Shown: positions 36,831 through 50,749, counted from the stretch's first letter. The stretch is DNA of 64,000 bases from Chiloscyllium plagiosum (GCF_004010195.1 NC_057720.1:31146150-31210149), one strand, 5' to 3'. Numbers and translations are program-made. Notes: generated from the letters alone by a model not told the origin.

Positions 36831-39499
36831 AAGAAAAAATGAAGGTGCAGCAGATGAAAATTAGATTTAGTGGGCCTAATTGGTAATGGAAATTTGCTCA
36901 GATAAGTTGAGGCAACAATTTAAAACAGCATGTTTACTTTTTTCACTGTTTTCAATGAATTGTACAGTGTGCCCATGAATCTAATGGGACCTGAGGTAAA
37001 ATATTTCAAACTCATTGGATGTCGAATTCTCAAAAAGAACTTACTTTCCTTAGTTTTAGTTGAATTATTCTTCTGAGGTGTGAAAGAACAATGGTTTAAT
37101 CCACTACCCAGCCCCATGAATATTTAGTCTAAGTTGGCAGTGATATTCTTTAGTGATTCCATTACAACTGAGTGTAACATTTTGTGTCAGTTTGGAATAC
37201 TTCCAATAAATGTGCCTTTGGTTCGAAGTCAGAAATGATTCAAGCAGTACCTCATGCATACTTTTATCATGCAACCATTGGCTACTATGCAGATAGGGAA
37301 AAGCTATGACATTGAATCTTTTGCTCATCTCCCACCCAGCTTTCACCTCCCATGTTCAGAATACTAAAACTTGCAGTTCAGTATCATTGTTCTGTGCTGG
37401 TCTGTGTACAGATAAACATAAAAGATTTACAACCAGTGATGATAGATGTTTTCATCAGATGGGCTTTCTATCCATGCACCCAGCTCTTCAATCGACAATG
37501 GTACAGATTATAAACCCCTTTACAATGGTTGAAAAATGACATTTAGACTATAATACCGAAAGCCAAAATAGAGGCTTCAAAGACGGCAACAGTCTAGCTG
37601 ATCATCAATGTTGATAACATCCGCACAAAATACAGGACCTCTAAGATGCTTTAGAAGTTGGCAAGTATATAGTAGACTACACAAACAAAAATTTGCAATA
37701 CTGCACTTATAAATAGAGTCGACAGAGTTCTCTAGTTCTCTCAAAGAACTTGTATCAAAGCAGTACCTCAAACCTGAAATAAGACAGCTGACTTAGCGAC
37801 AGCCTGAGTGAGTAAACTGAAGCAAACAGCAGTTAATTATTAATATAATACATCTCAACAAATGTTCTCCTAATCTGGAAAAAGTAAAAAAGACTCTTTG
37901 TCCAGTCAAATCACATGATTAGGCCCTGCATCCTAAATCAGTATTACGTCCCTTCTAACTATGTACTACAGTGCAATTGTAAATTCAATCATACCACAAA
38001 ATCACCATAGATCAAATCAGCAAGAATACTTTAAAATGAAGATTTACTATCTAAGCACATGCTGCAATTAATACCTAGTACATCATTGGCAGGATCAGAT
38101 GACCAGAATAAATCATCGTGCTTTCCTGGCTGGGTTTGATGTCACTTAAATCCTTTGACTGGATCAATATTTTATAAATTATTGATGTGCCATTTTCCCA
38201 TTTAATGTTTTGAATCAATTAGGGACATTGCTGATAATTTTATATTGTTTTTGTTTCTACTTTGTAACATATTACGTTGTACATCTACATGTGGCTGTTG
38301 GGTCCAAAGCATTGACCCCATATTTTTCTGACACTTGATTCAAGCACTGAATATATTTAGTGAAGCTGTCAATAAAAATGTCAATTTAAGCTCATTGGTT
38401 GGAAGGGGTGATGGGATGATCTAATTAAAGAACATGTACTTTCAAGTCTGGTTAGCTCTGAGCTGGCATTAACAGGATGAATTAGAAGGAGTGCAGCTTA
38501 GAAATATGTACTAACATGACTGCCTTTCATCTTCCAGTTGATCAGTGGGATGAACAGCGGGGATGTCGAAATTTGGGTGCCACAGTTTAAACTGCCTAAT
38601 TTTCCATGTTGAGACTGAAATAAACTGTATGACAGACTGGTCGATTATTTTGCATTAATGGTAAGTACTTCTACAATCAAGTTGAATTCAATGCTATTAA
38701 TTCCGGAAACAGGAAAATATTTTGAGTGTTGAAGCATGACTCTAATATTTGCAAACTGCACATTTCTGGTACGGATTCGGAGGGATCGTCTCCTGCCTGT
38801 TAGCAAACAAACACCCAAATGGTGAACTTCTTTGTGGATTTTATGAGGAGTATGTTTGGTGAAATTCACTGGTTACTTAGTGTGGGTTCAAACCCAGTAC
38901 TGGGCATGTTTGGTAATGTGGACTGACTGTTCAGTGCAGCATGCAGGGAGTTTCATACTGTTTAAAGATGTCCATTTTTTTAGATGAAGTGTTAAACCAT
39001 ATCTTTAACTGTTTATTCACATAGCTGTGATAGATTCTATGACATTGTTCAGAGCAGGCAATTGATGAGTATCTGGTCAGTATCTTCCTGTCAACCAGCT
39101 GGCCAGTCATTGAGTGACTGTTAATAGGACCTTGAAGTAGCTCCCTTACTTGCCTGCAACTGTGGCTGCACTCACTATTAATTGAGAGTAAAGCACTTAA
39201 GCATTTCCTGAGGATGCAATGAGGTGCCATGTGAATGCAAGTTAATATTTTTCCAAATTAGACTTTGATTACTTCAAAAGTTAAAGACGATAAATAAAAT
39301 TAAAAACATGGGAATCCAAGCGATGACAAAAAAGGGAAATAGAAGTTGCTTTTATGTTGCTGTCTAGATCTCAGAGGAATGGCCTAAGTACACTGCTCTC
39401 TCTTTCGTGCCTTGAATAGTGTGGACAGTCCCCATATAAATCATTGTCAACAGCTGAGTTGCAGCATGTAGTACATAGATACACAAATTGATTGTGACT

Positions 39500-40430
39500 A
39501 CTAGGCTAGTGCACCCTGAATAGTCAAATTATGGCTGCAGTGTTTACAGTGCCTGCCCAGCAGCTCATCTTATTCACAGCCTTACCAGTGGATGGAGGGA
39601 ATTGCAGCTTCATGGGCTGCAGCCAAGGATTATTCTTGGGTACCATCCCTGACATGCAGGAGGAGACGAGGAGAAGGTGGCAAAGTAGGGTTACAGGAAT
39701 TAATTGGAGCTGATAGGAAGTCTCCAATTGATGGGGTGAGTTTGATAATTGGGACTGGATCGGGGCTGCTGAGATGAGTGCTGGAAAGAGAGGTGCGTCT
39801 GCTGTTGGTGGTCAGTGTATGGAAGGCTTGAAATCAGTGTGGGAGGAGAAGTCAGGAATTAGTGCTGCAATGAGGTTGATCTGAATGCCGGCAAGAGGTA
39901 TCAACTGTCATGTTGGGGAATAGGCTACTCTTGGGACTGCAGGGAGTGGGGAGGGGGAGCAGTCTACATTTGGAGGGAGAGGGGGAGACTGTCAACCATG
40001 ATGGAGGGATAGGTCTATGACTGGGCCAGGCATGACGGGGCAAATAGGCCTGTCATTGTGGGGGGGGTAGTGGTGGGCAATGTTTGGGTTTAGCAGGTGA
40101 GGCCTGGGATCAGGGTCTGAGGGTGAGGTTAATGAGAGGCCTGAGATCAGGAGGGACTGGAGAGCTGGAGGTGTGCCTGGAGTAAGGAAGCTGCTGATTG
40201 AGAATTCCATAAGGAGGCTGGTGGTCAGGAGTGGAGGAGGCTGAAATGTTCCATTCAGGAGCTGGGAAGAGTGATGCTACTCCATCTGGAAGACAATGTG
40301 CTAAGTTTCCTGACTACTAAGAAACGCACCTTGTGGCATCTAGGTGCTACAAGAAGTTAATATATCCATCATTATAAGGATGGTGACAGGTGTCCAACAT
40401 GGAGGAGTTAACAGCAGGGTCTCCAGTATG
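39500..40430. repeat. Unclassified old element with G-rich low-complexity centre
   Basis: G-rich 39780-40250; atctggaagacaatgtgctaagt mirrors the motif at about 30030. Confidence 0.4.
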
Positions 40431-40644
40431 AAATGGCTATATTTAGACCATGATGTTTCCTGAAGGGAATTGCACTGTAGAAAACCATGAACTCGAATAG
40501 CTTTTACTACCATTCTTTTTGGCGAAACTTGCATTTATATGATGATGTTTACTCTCTATCCCTGGCAAAGTTAACAAAAAGCGCATAAGCAGCTTCAAGG
40601 AAACTCCAGGCCTATGTTGAAAACAAAGTGGGACTTCCTGATTG

Positions 40645-40842
40645 TGGTGCTGAATAAGTACAGCAGGTCAGATAGCAACCAAGGGGCAGGAGAATCAACG
40701 TTTCAGGCATAAGGCCTTCATCAGGAATCATGCCCAAAATGTCGATTCTCCTGCTGCTCAGATGCTGCCTGACCTGCTGTGCTTATCCAGCACCACAGTC
40801 TCGACTCTGATTGCCAGCATCTGCAGTCCTCACCTTCTTCTA
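40645..40842. mobile_element. Fold-back Penelope-like insertion with 15-bp TSD
   Basis: Inverted arms (tggtgctgaataagtacagcaggtcag / ctgacctgctgtgcttatccagcacca); TSD gggacttcctgattg at 40630-40644 and 40843-40857. Confidence 0.9.
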
Positions 40843-41074
40843 GGGACTTCCTGATTGCAAGTTATATGAAATGACTGCAGGAAATGACTGCAGGAGAACT
40901 ATGTCTCAGGAACTGCTGGCCACAGAAGACTCTATAAAATCAACTAGAGGGGACTGCAATAGCAACAGATTGTACTTATGTAGCACCTTCAACATAAGGT
41001 TTTCAAGGTGTTTCACAGGAATATGCACCAGAGTATTATCAAACAAAATTTGACACTGAACCACATGATGATGC

Positions 41075-41440
41075 ATCATGGTAAAGTCACTGCACCACTA
41101 ACTCTTCCAGCACCACTAATCCAGAATCCCACTAACTCAAAAGCTCAGGCTTAAGATCTGGGGTAAGAGTTCAAATTCCATCACATTAAATGATGAAATT
41201 AATAAAATCTAAAATGTCAAGCTGGTTTTACTAATGGCGATCATAAAACTATCATTGATCTTCTTCATAAACTTATATGGTTCATTAAAGTCCTTTTGTC
41301 TGATCTTGATTTGGCCTATATGTGATTCCAGATTTGCTGTATTGACTTATAACCATTCTCTGAAATGTCCAAGTAAGCCATTCGCTTTAATGACAATGAG
41401 AAACAGACAACAAAAGCAATGCCCACATCTGATGAAAGCA
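41075..41440 (+). mobile_element. SINE (60720 family) containing a tiny Penelope insert
   Basis: gagttcaaattccatcac..tggttcattaaagtccttt..ttggcctatatgtgattccaga..ctgaaatgtccaagtaagcca. Confidence 0.65.
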
Positions 41441-42324
41441 TAGATTTTAAAAAGTTGATTAGCACAGGTAACCGAAAACTCGAGTCACAAATGTAATTTT
41501 TAAGTAGGGTCTTGAACGACTGGAGATCTAAGATGACTTTCAATAATTTATAAAGTTTTTCAGAAAAATTATATAATCAAGCAGACAAATACAATTCAGA
41601 ACTGCCAAATGAATATATGCATGATGAATAAAAATATGAGTGATATAATGAAAGTGATAGAATTAGCACATAAAATTTAAGTAACAATAGACAGAATTTT
41701 TGATATCACTGTAATGTTAATAGTCAATTACAAGATAAGTAGTGGAATACACAACCAGTAAGGGTGTGTTAAATGACTGTGGAGAGTCTGTTGAGGCTTT
41801 GTAATGGATTGGTGAGAGAAATCTTGCTGAGTACTCAGAGCAATTTTAGTTATTGTGCTTCAGTGAAGATATAGATGCATTACAGAGGGAGCAATGTGAG
41901 AGATCAAACACCAAGAATAATCTGAGGTGTAATAGGAGGGAGAGTTGGAAAGATTAGACAAACTCAAATTCTAGAGGCTAGAGCAGATTAATGGAAAATC
42001 CAAATAAGACAAATGAAGAAGGAATGAGATGGATAACCTAAGCCTAAATATTATTTCGAGTTGCCATAAATTTAAATGAATGGAACTTAAGTGTAACCCA
42101 TATATTGGAAAGAATGTGTACTCAAGGGTTGATAAATGTTTGGAATAATCAACTAGGCAAAGCATTGGAGTCTTTTGTGTTCGGGGGTTCAAATGCTGAT
42201 TTGGCTGATTGGTAGAAGTATGAATATCAATGATTACTGTTTCTGACCTGAGTTTATTCTCTTCCAAATTTGGTAATTTTTTTAAAAAGTTGGACTTCTG
42301 GAAGCCTTTATCCTAGAACCAGAG

Positions 42325-42640
42325 AACGACAGAATCACAGAATGACACAAGACAGAGGGAAGGCATTTAATCCATTGGTAGAGCTATTCAACTTGTCCCA
42401 CTTACCTGTACTTTTCCCATAGCCCTGACAATTTTTCCCAGCATATGTTTATCCAAATCTCATTTGGAAGTAATGATTGAACCTGCTTCCACCACCATTT
42501 CAGGCTGTGCATTCCAGATCAAAAATACCTGTGGAGTAGAAAGAAATGTTTTCGATGCCATTTCTGTTTTTTTTTACCAATAACCTTAAACCTGTGTCCA
42601 ATAGTTACTGACCATACTGCTGCTGGAGAAATTTTACGTT
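42325..42640 (-). mobile_element. CR1 LINE 3' end
   Basis: cagaatcacagaat tail, ctgcttccaccaccatttcaggctgtgcattccagatc. Confidence 0.7.
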
Positions 42641-42644
42641 CAAT

Positions 42645-43745
42645 TACTTCAGTGAGGTGTTAGTAACTGCTTTTGATATCATGACAGTATTGGACCCCAG
42701 TGTGGCATTGAGTAGCTCTAACAAAACTGCAGGCAATTCATATTGAGTGGAAATCACTCCACTGTTCTAAGTCACACAAACAGAAAAGAAGATGGTCGCA
42801 GTTGTTGGATATAAATCATCTCAGTCCCAGGATGTCTCTGCAGGAGTTCCTCAGCATAATCCCTTGGCCCAACCACCTTTAGTGCTTAATCAATGACCTG
42901 CACACGAAGTAGCTATATTCACTGATGATTGCACAATGTTCATCACCATTCAGACTCCTCGGATACAGAAGCAGTCCACGTCCATATGAAATAAGATATG
43001 GATGAAAATCAAGCTTGGGCTGTTGAGTGACAACTTACACACCATACAAGTGCCTGACAAGAGAGAATCTAACCAGAAACTCTTGGCATTACCATCACGT
43101 ATTCATCCACTATCATTAAAATTGACCAGAAACTGAATTTGATCAGTCATATAAACAATGTGGCTGCAAGAGCTGGTCAGAGGCTGAGAATTCTGTGGTA
43201 TGTAGCTTACTTTCGACCCTCCACAAAGCCTGTCCACCATCTACAAGGAGAAGTGAGGAGGGTGCTGGAATAGTCTTCACTTAACACTCTAACAACACAT
43301 TAGAAGCTCGACATCACTCAGAACAAAACAACTTACTTTAATTGGCACCACATCCTCATACATTCCTTCCCTCCATCATTGAAGCACAGTGGCAGCAGCA
43401 AACACCATCTACAAGGTGCTCAGCAGTAACCATCAAGGCTCTTTGGATAGCATCTTCTAAACAGCAACCTCTCCCTTCTAGAAGGACAAAGGCAGTTGAT
43501 ACACAAGGACACTATTGCAAGCTGGTTCCCCTCCAAGTTGCACACTAACCTGACTTGAAACTATATCGTCATTCCTTCATTGTCACTGGTCTCAAAATCC
43601 TGCAATCCCCTTCCGAAAGCATTGTGCATGTCCCAACACCCCCCGTGGTTCAAGGATGTAGCTCACCATCACCTTCTCAGAGGCAATTAAGGATGAGAAA
43701 TAAATGTTGGCCTAGTCAGCAACACAAATAATAAAAATGTTCATG
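42645..43745 (+). mobile_element. Family-B LINE, RT to 3' end
   Basis: gcaggagttcctcag (AGVPQ), cttggcccaacc, atcaatgacctg (INDL), ttcactgatgattgc (FTDDC, decayed FADD), and the full 3' tail. Confidence 0.85.
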
Positions 43746-44409
43746 AATTTGAACAATTCCTGAAAAAAAATCTCATTTTAACTTTCTCTGTTTCCCCACT
43801 CTCTGCACATAGTTGAAATCCTTCATCCCTGGTATAATACAATTAAGACTCTGCCTGAGAACTTAATGCTCTTCCTAAAATTTGGTTCCTTGAATTAAAC
43901 ACAACACTTAAGATTAAGTCGGGTACAAACGTTTACCAATATGTTCCTTGTTTTTGCTTATTTTGTAAACCGTTTGGGAGGTTTAAGGTTAGTGGCCTTA
44001 GGGAGAGAGTCGTAGGATGGGGCTACCAAATCACAAGGCCTCAAAGGTAAGCAACTGGAACAAGGAGATATGATAGCAGATTTATCTTAAATCCACCAAG
44101 TCCGCATCTGGAGGGAATAAGTTGCTGGGTCAGAAAACCTGGTCAACAACAGTTAAAGTTGAAAAGTAAAATGACATTGAGGTTCAAACCCTTATTTTCA
44201 TGTTTAAAATGGTAGCCACCTACTTGGATCAAGTTGGTGGCCCACTATGTTCTAATCTCAGTAACAATTGGAAATATGTGCACTGAAGGTGGGTATGGGT
44301 TGGAGAATAAATATCTGACCATTTAGTCCTCCACACCCAACACAAACCTGTAAATATTTTAATGATACAATTCAGCCCATACCACGAATAATCCAAAAGG
44401 AAAAAAAAC

Positions 44410-44930
44410 AGTAAAATGTGCAAATTACACATACTGAGCTGACTCACCTTGTATTCCTCAAAATGGAGGTCCATCATAACCAATACATTAATTTGCAAGT
44501 ATTGCTTTATTTTACTGCTTTTCTTTCTGTCTGGGAAAGCTTAGGAATTTGGATATTTCTCAACAACCTATTAATATGCCATACTACCTTCAAAGATTTG
44601 GCTACATAATTGACCTGGTCTCTCTGCTCCTGCAGCTCTTTAAAAGTATTTTGTTTCAACTTTTCACCTCTCCCCATTGTCCTGACCAAAATAGATCACA
44701 TCAGAGTTACTTGTGCTAAATTTCATCTGCCATGTGTCTGCTCATTTTATGATGTGCAGATATCTTTCTCGGTACGTCACTTGCACCTTATTGGTGTTTA
44801 CCTTTCTGAGTTTCATGTTTTCTGCAAACATTGAAACAATGACCTATCCAATTCATGGTCACTAATTAAGACCAAAAAAAAGCAAAGGTCTCAATACCTA
44901 ACCACTGGTGCAAACAATCATGGTGCTTTA
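44410..44930 (-). mobile_element. Decayed CR1 ORF2 fragment
   Basis: ORF 44507-44689 FKELQEQRD..KSLKVVWHINRLL; tgctaaatttcatctgcca (WQMKF). Confidence 0.6.
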
Positions 44931-47777
44931 ATACCACAGGCTTCAGTTTTTCTAACAAGTCATTCACTATATATAAGAAACAATGGAGAGCATGAAAATA
45001 CTGAAATTAAATATTAATGTTCCCTTATGTTTGCATATTGTTCTTTCTTGCCAACTGGATCCACTGTAGACACAAAATAGTGTCATCCAGTTAAACATGC
45101 AAGGACAATTAAGGATGTCAATAAATGTAGGCCTAGCCAGCAATGCACACATCTTTCTGAAGAATAAATAAAAATAACGTTACTTAACACTAACCTCAAA
45201 TGTGCATTTCTTGAGATGTGGTATTTCCATATCTCTGTCACTCACTTTTTGCATTCACAAGTACAAAAATGTATTAGTTTGTACTATTATTCAGATCACC
45301 ATTGCTGTTTCATGCCCAAAAATTGCATTTGCCTAAATTCATTGAAGTTTGTAAGGACTCCACATCAAAAGAAAAAAATTCTGCCCTTCAACATGAGCTG
45401 GATTCAAATCCAGGAATGTAACTCACTGCATTGTGTGTATCAACTTTCATAAAATGCCATCTAGATTTGATCACGTTTGCTCCTGAATATGGATAATTAA
45501 CTTGCACCATTTAAAATAATTCACTAGATGTACTATTTTGGCAATAAAGCACAATGTAGACAAATGCATACCATGCAATTTTCTCTTTCCCAGATGTTTT
45601 ACACTTCAAAGAAGGATTTCATCATGAGGCATCTATACCCTCTGAGAGCTAGATCTCTATTTTGTTGTAACACAATTGGAGCCCCTTTTGCAAAATGGTA
45701 GACCTAGGAACATATTGGTAAGCTAAAACTATGGGTTCAGTTGGTTTTTGATTTGACATTTAAGGGCAAATTTCATTGCACAACACCCAGCAGCCAGTTG
45801 CCTGGTTGGCTCAGTACCTATTCTACATTTTGCCCGGGTACTTTTGAGGGCAGACTTCAGTCTGCAGCTGCAATAGGCACACACCCCTTAGGGATAGTTA
45901 TTGACATGGGAGGAGGAACAGTTGCCATCCCTTGACTCATTTCCTTGAGAAATAAAAGTAAGGTTCACTTTTACAATTTTTACAGACTTGCTCTTTAAGC
46001 ATTCAGAACGGTCTGTGAAGCCTCTTTCGAGCTGCCCTTCTTCTTAAATCCTCGTCTCAACACAATTTTACTCCAGTTGTGCGCTGTTAAGAAGTTTCCA
46101 TCCATCTTATTTAAGCCTGCGGTATTTCTCAACAATGCAAAGACAAGGAGAGAAGAACATTCTCTTCCTCTTTTACATTACAGCGTAATTTCAGTCCAGA
46201 GTTGAATCAAGAAGCAGACATTTGGGGATTGTGGGGGTGGTGATGGAGCATTATACTCTCCTTTTCCTTGTTACTTTTGTCTCCTCCCCTTCAACAGACA
46301 ATAGTTTATGGAAAAAGTGGAGAGCTTTTTGTGTGTCATTCATCACCATTTCAGACCTACTTAGCTTTATAAATTGAAGTCATAGCAGAAGTAGGTCCAT
46401 CTTGGAAATACCCTATGTTATCTTTGGATTCTCTCAAAAACTAAACAAAAAGTCATCCAGAAAAACTACCTTCCAGGCTAAACATACACGGACAGAAGTC
46501 GAGTTTGCCAAAATTGCTGACTTCATTGCTGCTTCTAATTTCCTCTGAAAAATATTTGTCTTGCCACAGTGATATTTTTATTGATTAAAGAAGTACTCTT
46601 TACTTTCTCCAACTCTTCTTGAGAAATACCACTGATAAGAAGCTCACATTTGATGAAACCTTGATCATCACAAAAATAAATGGTTCTGACTTGTTTGAAT
46701 TGCAGCGAAAGATTGTGGTCTTTGTCAGGCAGGAAATCTGGAGCACTGAAAGCTCTTTGTTACCATGGAGATGGGAAAAACACATTACAAGTCTGATTCT
46801 CCTTCCAAGACTGATGAATTTACCTGATGCTGTTTAACCCTTCCAACAGTCAAGACTTGATACTATCTGTCCATAATACAACTAAATGGTCACTTCACTT
46901 TGTGTGCCTTATGCGCCCAGTTGAACTTGGTATAATCATTTCCCCAAGCTAACTTCACATGGTCCATCTTCAGAAACCTTTTCAATAGCCTTCCACTGAT
47001 TTAAACCAAAGAAAATGCTGGATAAAAAAGACCAAGACCCTTCCAGATCAACTTCCATCATCCTTGTAATCACATGACAATTGAGTTTTTGACCAATTAG
47101 AGCAACTAATCTTAAAAGCTTGGATCATTGCCTAAATATCCAATATTTGGAATGACAACTATTACTATCAATCACATTCAATATCTATCAGAAAATCATA
47201 TTGTCTAGGAGTTTTTAATTGTTAGCAAGATACCTGGAGGCCAATCAAGTATCAAAGAGAGCAATTATCAGAAAAATTTACTCCTAGTTCTCCAGTTTTA
47301 GTTTTTCAGTGAAAAGAGTTGGAATTCTGTTTACATAACGCATTGATTTTCAAATCAGTGCTACAGGCTAATACACCTCCCCTTTTAGTTTGCTAAATGG
47401 AAGTTCTTTTTAAAAAATAAAAATCACTTTCTTTCTCAGTCGACACGTGAAAGCTTACAGCTCTGCACTTCATCTCCTCCACATTGGAGAGTCAATGGAC
47501 AAAATGTCCTTCCTGCTTGATGGCCTGTGGGGAGGGGGATATTTAATCATGTGGTGACAGTTGGGACCTTATCATTTCCCCATCTCCATCCTGACTAAGT
47601 CCATGGCAGGGAGGCCATGGACCACCTTTCCACTTTGCAAGCAATTATTGCCCATTTGAGGCCCTTTTCCCATAGCCAACAGTATTCAACTGATAATGGA
47701 TTTGGCAGGGGAAGGGGGCTCACAATACAGGGTACACAACAAGTAACCCCACAAACCCACACCCACCACTATTAATT

Positions 47778-47975
47778 ACTGATGCATTCTCCTGACAATG
47801 CTTCTACAAATCAGAGTCCATTTGCTAATCAATCAGAACTATCCTTTTTTATTTCATTTCAATCCTATCCTTCCATTATAAATGTTGTTTTCCCTTTACT
47901 TTGGTATTTCTTGGAAATTGTCCTGATGAGTGGAAAATGAAAAGCTTTGACAAAACGTATAATTTTCAGCAATAT
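47778..47975 (+). mobile_element. Second Penelope-like family fragment with decayed hammerhead core
   Basis: tgcattctcctgacaatgcttctacaaatcagagtcc..cctgatgagtggaaaatgaaaagctttgac (core 47923-47950), homologous to 21916-22346. Confidence 0.6.
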
Positions 47976-49299
47976 TATTAAGATCCAGCCGAGACATTTT
48001 CCCAGAATTTAAAACCAGTGGCAAAGGGGCAGTGACCTTGTGGAAAGTTACCAACAAAGATGTAGCAGGCTTAGAGAATGGATTTTCTCTTTCCCAATGT
48101 GCCTTTGAATTGGGCACTACCTGTAGCATCCAGCAATAGTGGAAGCAGCATTCAGATTGAAATCAGCCAATTAGACAGGATAATTCTCACAGACAACAAA
48201 ACAAGAAGTTGGAAGTACGGATCATAATTTGTATTTTAATCCTCTCACAGAGAATAAATTTGTGGCAAGACTATAAAATGGAAGCCAAAATTACAATAAA
48301 AATGCTTTAAAATATATTTTTCAATAAATCATGAATTTTTACATATTCCTCTGAGAGAATGAGAATCCACATTTACAAAATTAAGTTTACAGGGCCAAGG
48401 AGTTGTTCCTCAATAATAACGTTTAAAGTGCTATTAAGAATTCAGTCGCATCCTTTCAACAAGGTTTATTTTCTTCAATGAATAATGTGAAAAGGTTGAA
48501 GTTTATGCCAATTCATTGATTCTGCTGGTAGTATCTACAGACGCTGTAACAACAGGAGATGTGGAGGAGTAGAGAGTTCTATTATCAGAGCTTGATAAAA
48601 TGCTGGAGTGGAGAAGAAGCAGGATATTCAGCAACAGGCACTCAGCATCATGACTGACAAGTCAACTCTTTCATTGAGCACTAAGTTGCTGCACTTCCAA
48701 AACCTGATATCAGAAAAGCAGCTACTTCAGCGCTCAGGCAATGAGCTGTCTCTTGATTACGTCGAGTTGAGCATCTCCAGATTTGTGTTTTGTTCTAGGA
48801 AGTAAACAGAATTAACCCAGTAAAGATTCTCACCCACTCCAATGCTTCTCATTCTTTGTGAGGCAGTATCTTTATCCCACTCTCTGCCTTCCAATTGCAA
48901 CATTAGGAATTGAGTTGAAAGGGGTTGTGCATTCGTGCGTTCCTACAGTCACTGGGACTCTACAATCAAGAAACCAGCACTGACGAAGACATCTGGCATT
49001 AACAGCTTTTAAAGTTGTTTCCAAAAATAAACATTCTTTTAAAAATGATCTTTTTTTTGAAAATCTTTGCAAAAGCTGAAATGCATTCACAATTGTTGTG
49101 TGTACCAAGTAATGACCATTTTTGGCTGTGTTGACTGAGAGTTTTAACATGCCAATTTTTCCTCAAAAGGATCATTTCAAATCTATTCACTGCATGTCTG
49201 ATAATATCGTGATACTTTATTTTTAACTGATGACATTATTGCTTCAGGAAACTCTCCCCTCATCACCCACCCATTACTAAAAAGTTCTGATTCTGTGGT

Positions 49300-49500
49300 T
49301 ATTGAATCATGTTTCCTCTCTGATACAAATTGACGATAATGTCTGTCAAGCTCTTCCTGTCTGGCTTAAACAGTAACGCAATTGCTTTTTGTCTTCAGCT
49401 TATTGCATCAGTCAGGGGCAATGTTCATAAAAGGCTGCATCCTGCAGAAATGACAGTTCCATGACTTCATTCATCATTTTACTGCTTTTAGCCTCAGTCC
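49300..49500. promoter_or_regulatory. Candidate conserved non-coding element
   Basis: Unique sequence with ttgacgataatg, ctgtcaa, ttattgcatca, cataaaa and tgacag motifs and retained CpGs. Confidence 0.35.
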
Positions 49501-49639
49501 AAGCTTATTCTGTAAACCATACCTCATTGCTGACAGCATTGGTAAAGATTGCAGTTGCAGGGTTTTGTACTGTATGTAAGTGAAATAGGAAGTTTACAAA
49601 CCTCACATATTTCAATTATTATGCAGTGTCCTGGTAACA

Positions 49640-49990
49640 ATAACATTTATAATAATAACATTTGTCATTTATAATTTGTCTTTCATTTCTGATACACTTC
49701 GCATAAGTATTATAAAACAGAATTTGAGACATTGTCATGAAGTAGTCAATATTGGGGCAGATAATTAGACCCTGGATCAAATAGGAGCTATTGAGCATCT
49801 TTTAAAAGACAAAATGAGGTGGGCAGAGTCAAGAAAGGAAATTCTGTGTGTAGAATCTTTGAAAGTGCCGTAAGATGGCCTGGTTATAGTCAGGAATGTG
49901 CAGGAGGATAGGATTGGAGGAGCTCAGATATCGTGAAATTATAGGAGATTACAAAGATAAGGTGGAGCAAAGTCATGAGGGAAATTATGT
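49640..49990 (-). mobile_element. L2-type LINE 3' end
   Basis: Antisense tail (aataacatttgtcatttata) then aggaaattctg..ggattggaggagctcagat..ttacaaagataagg. Confidence 0.55.
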
Positions 49991-50749
49991 TTTTCTCAGG
50001 CACTCTGGTGTATTATTGCTTTCTGCTCTTTGTATCGGGCAATCTTTTATTCTAAGTTCTTTCCAAGACTTGATCTTCAGTTCACCTTCTTGCTTCCCCC
50101 TTGTTCCTGCAACTTTCATTCAGTTAATTTCCATGCTCACAGACTTGCAAAGCATTAACTACAATCTTGGGCCAAATGCCCTATGACTACTGACAATTAA
50201 TTTAAATCATATAGGCACCGAGGAAGCATTGAACTGTGACAACCTCAGGACTTTCCAAAGTATAGTACAGTGAATCAAGTCATTTTTTGAAGTTTACTGC
50301 CCTGTGGCATTTTTTGCAGTGCTGGAGAACAGATATTTTGAATTTTCAAGAGAGTCGTGGTGGATCTAAATGTAAGGTAAGAGAAGTTGGCTGGACTGTC
50401 AAGGAATATGTCTGCTTCAGTAATATATTGTTGTAGTTCCTCATGGACTGATGCATAATTTGGAAAAGCATCATGGGTAGTAGACAGAGGGAACAGAAAG
50501 ATGGAGCAGTATTTAAAAGGAGGAGGAAGCATCTGTAATCCATATGCCATGGACAAGTTATGTGTGAGCAGATAACTAGACTTCAGTTCTCCTAAGATGT
50601 AATCCCAATATCACAACTACTGTAAATGTTACCATCTTTCAATTCATTTGCTACATAGCATCACAGCATCCTCTTGGCCAAAAGTGTAAAATAAAATTTT
50701 CCAACGCCTAACCATTCCAACTACTTTTTCAATAAAAACCTCCAATTGC

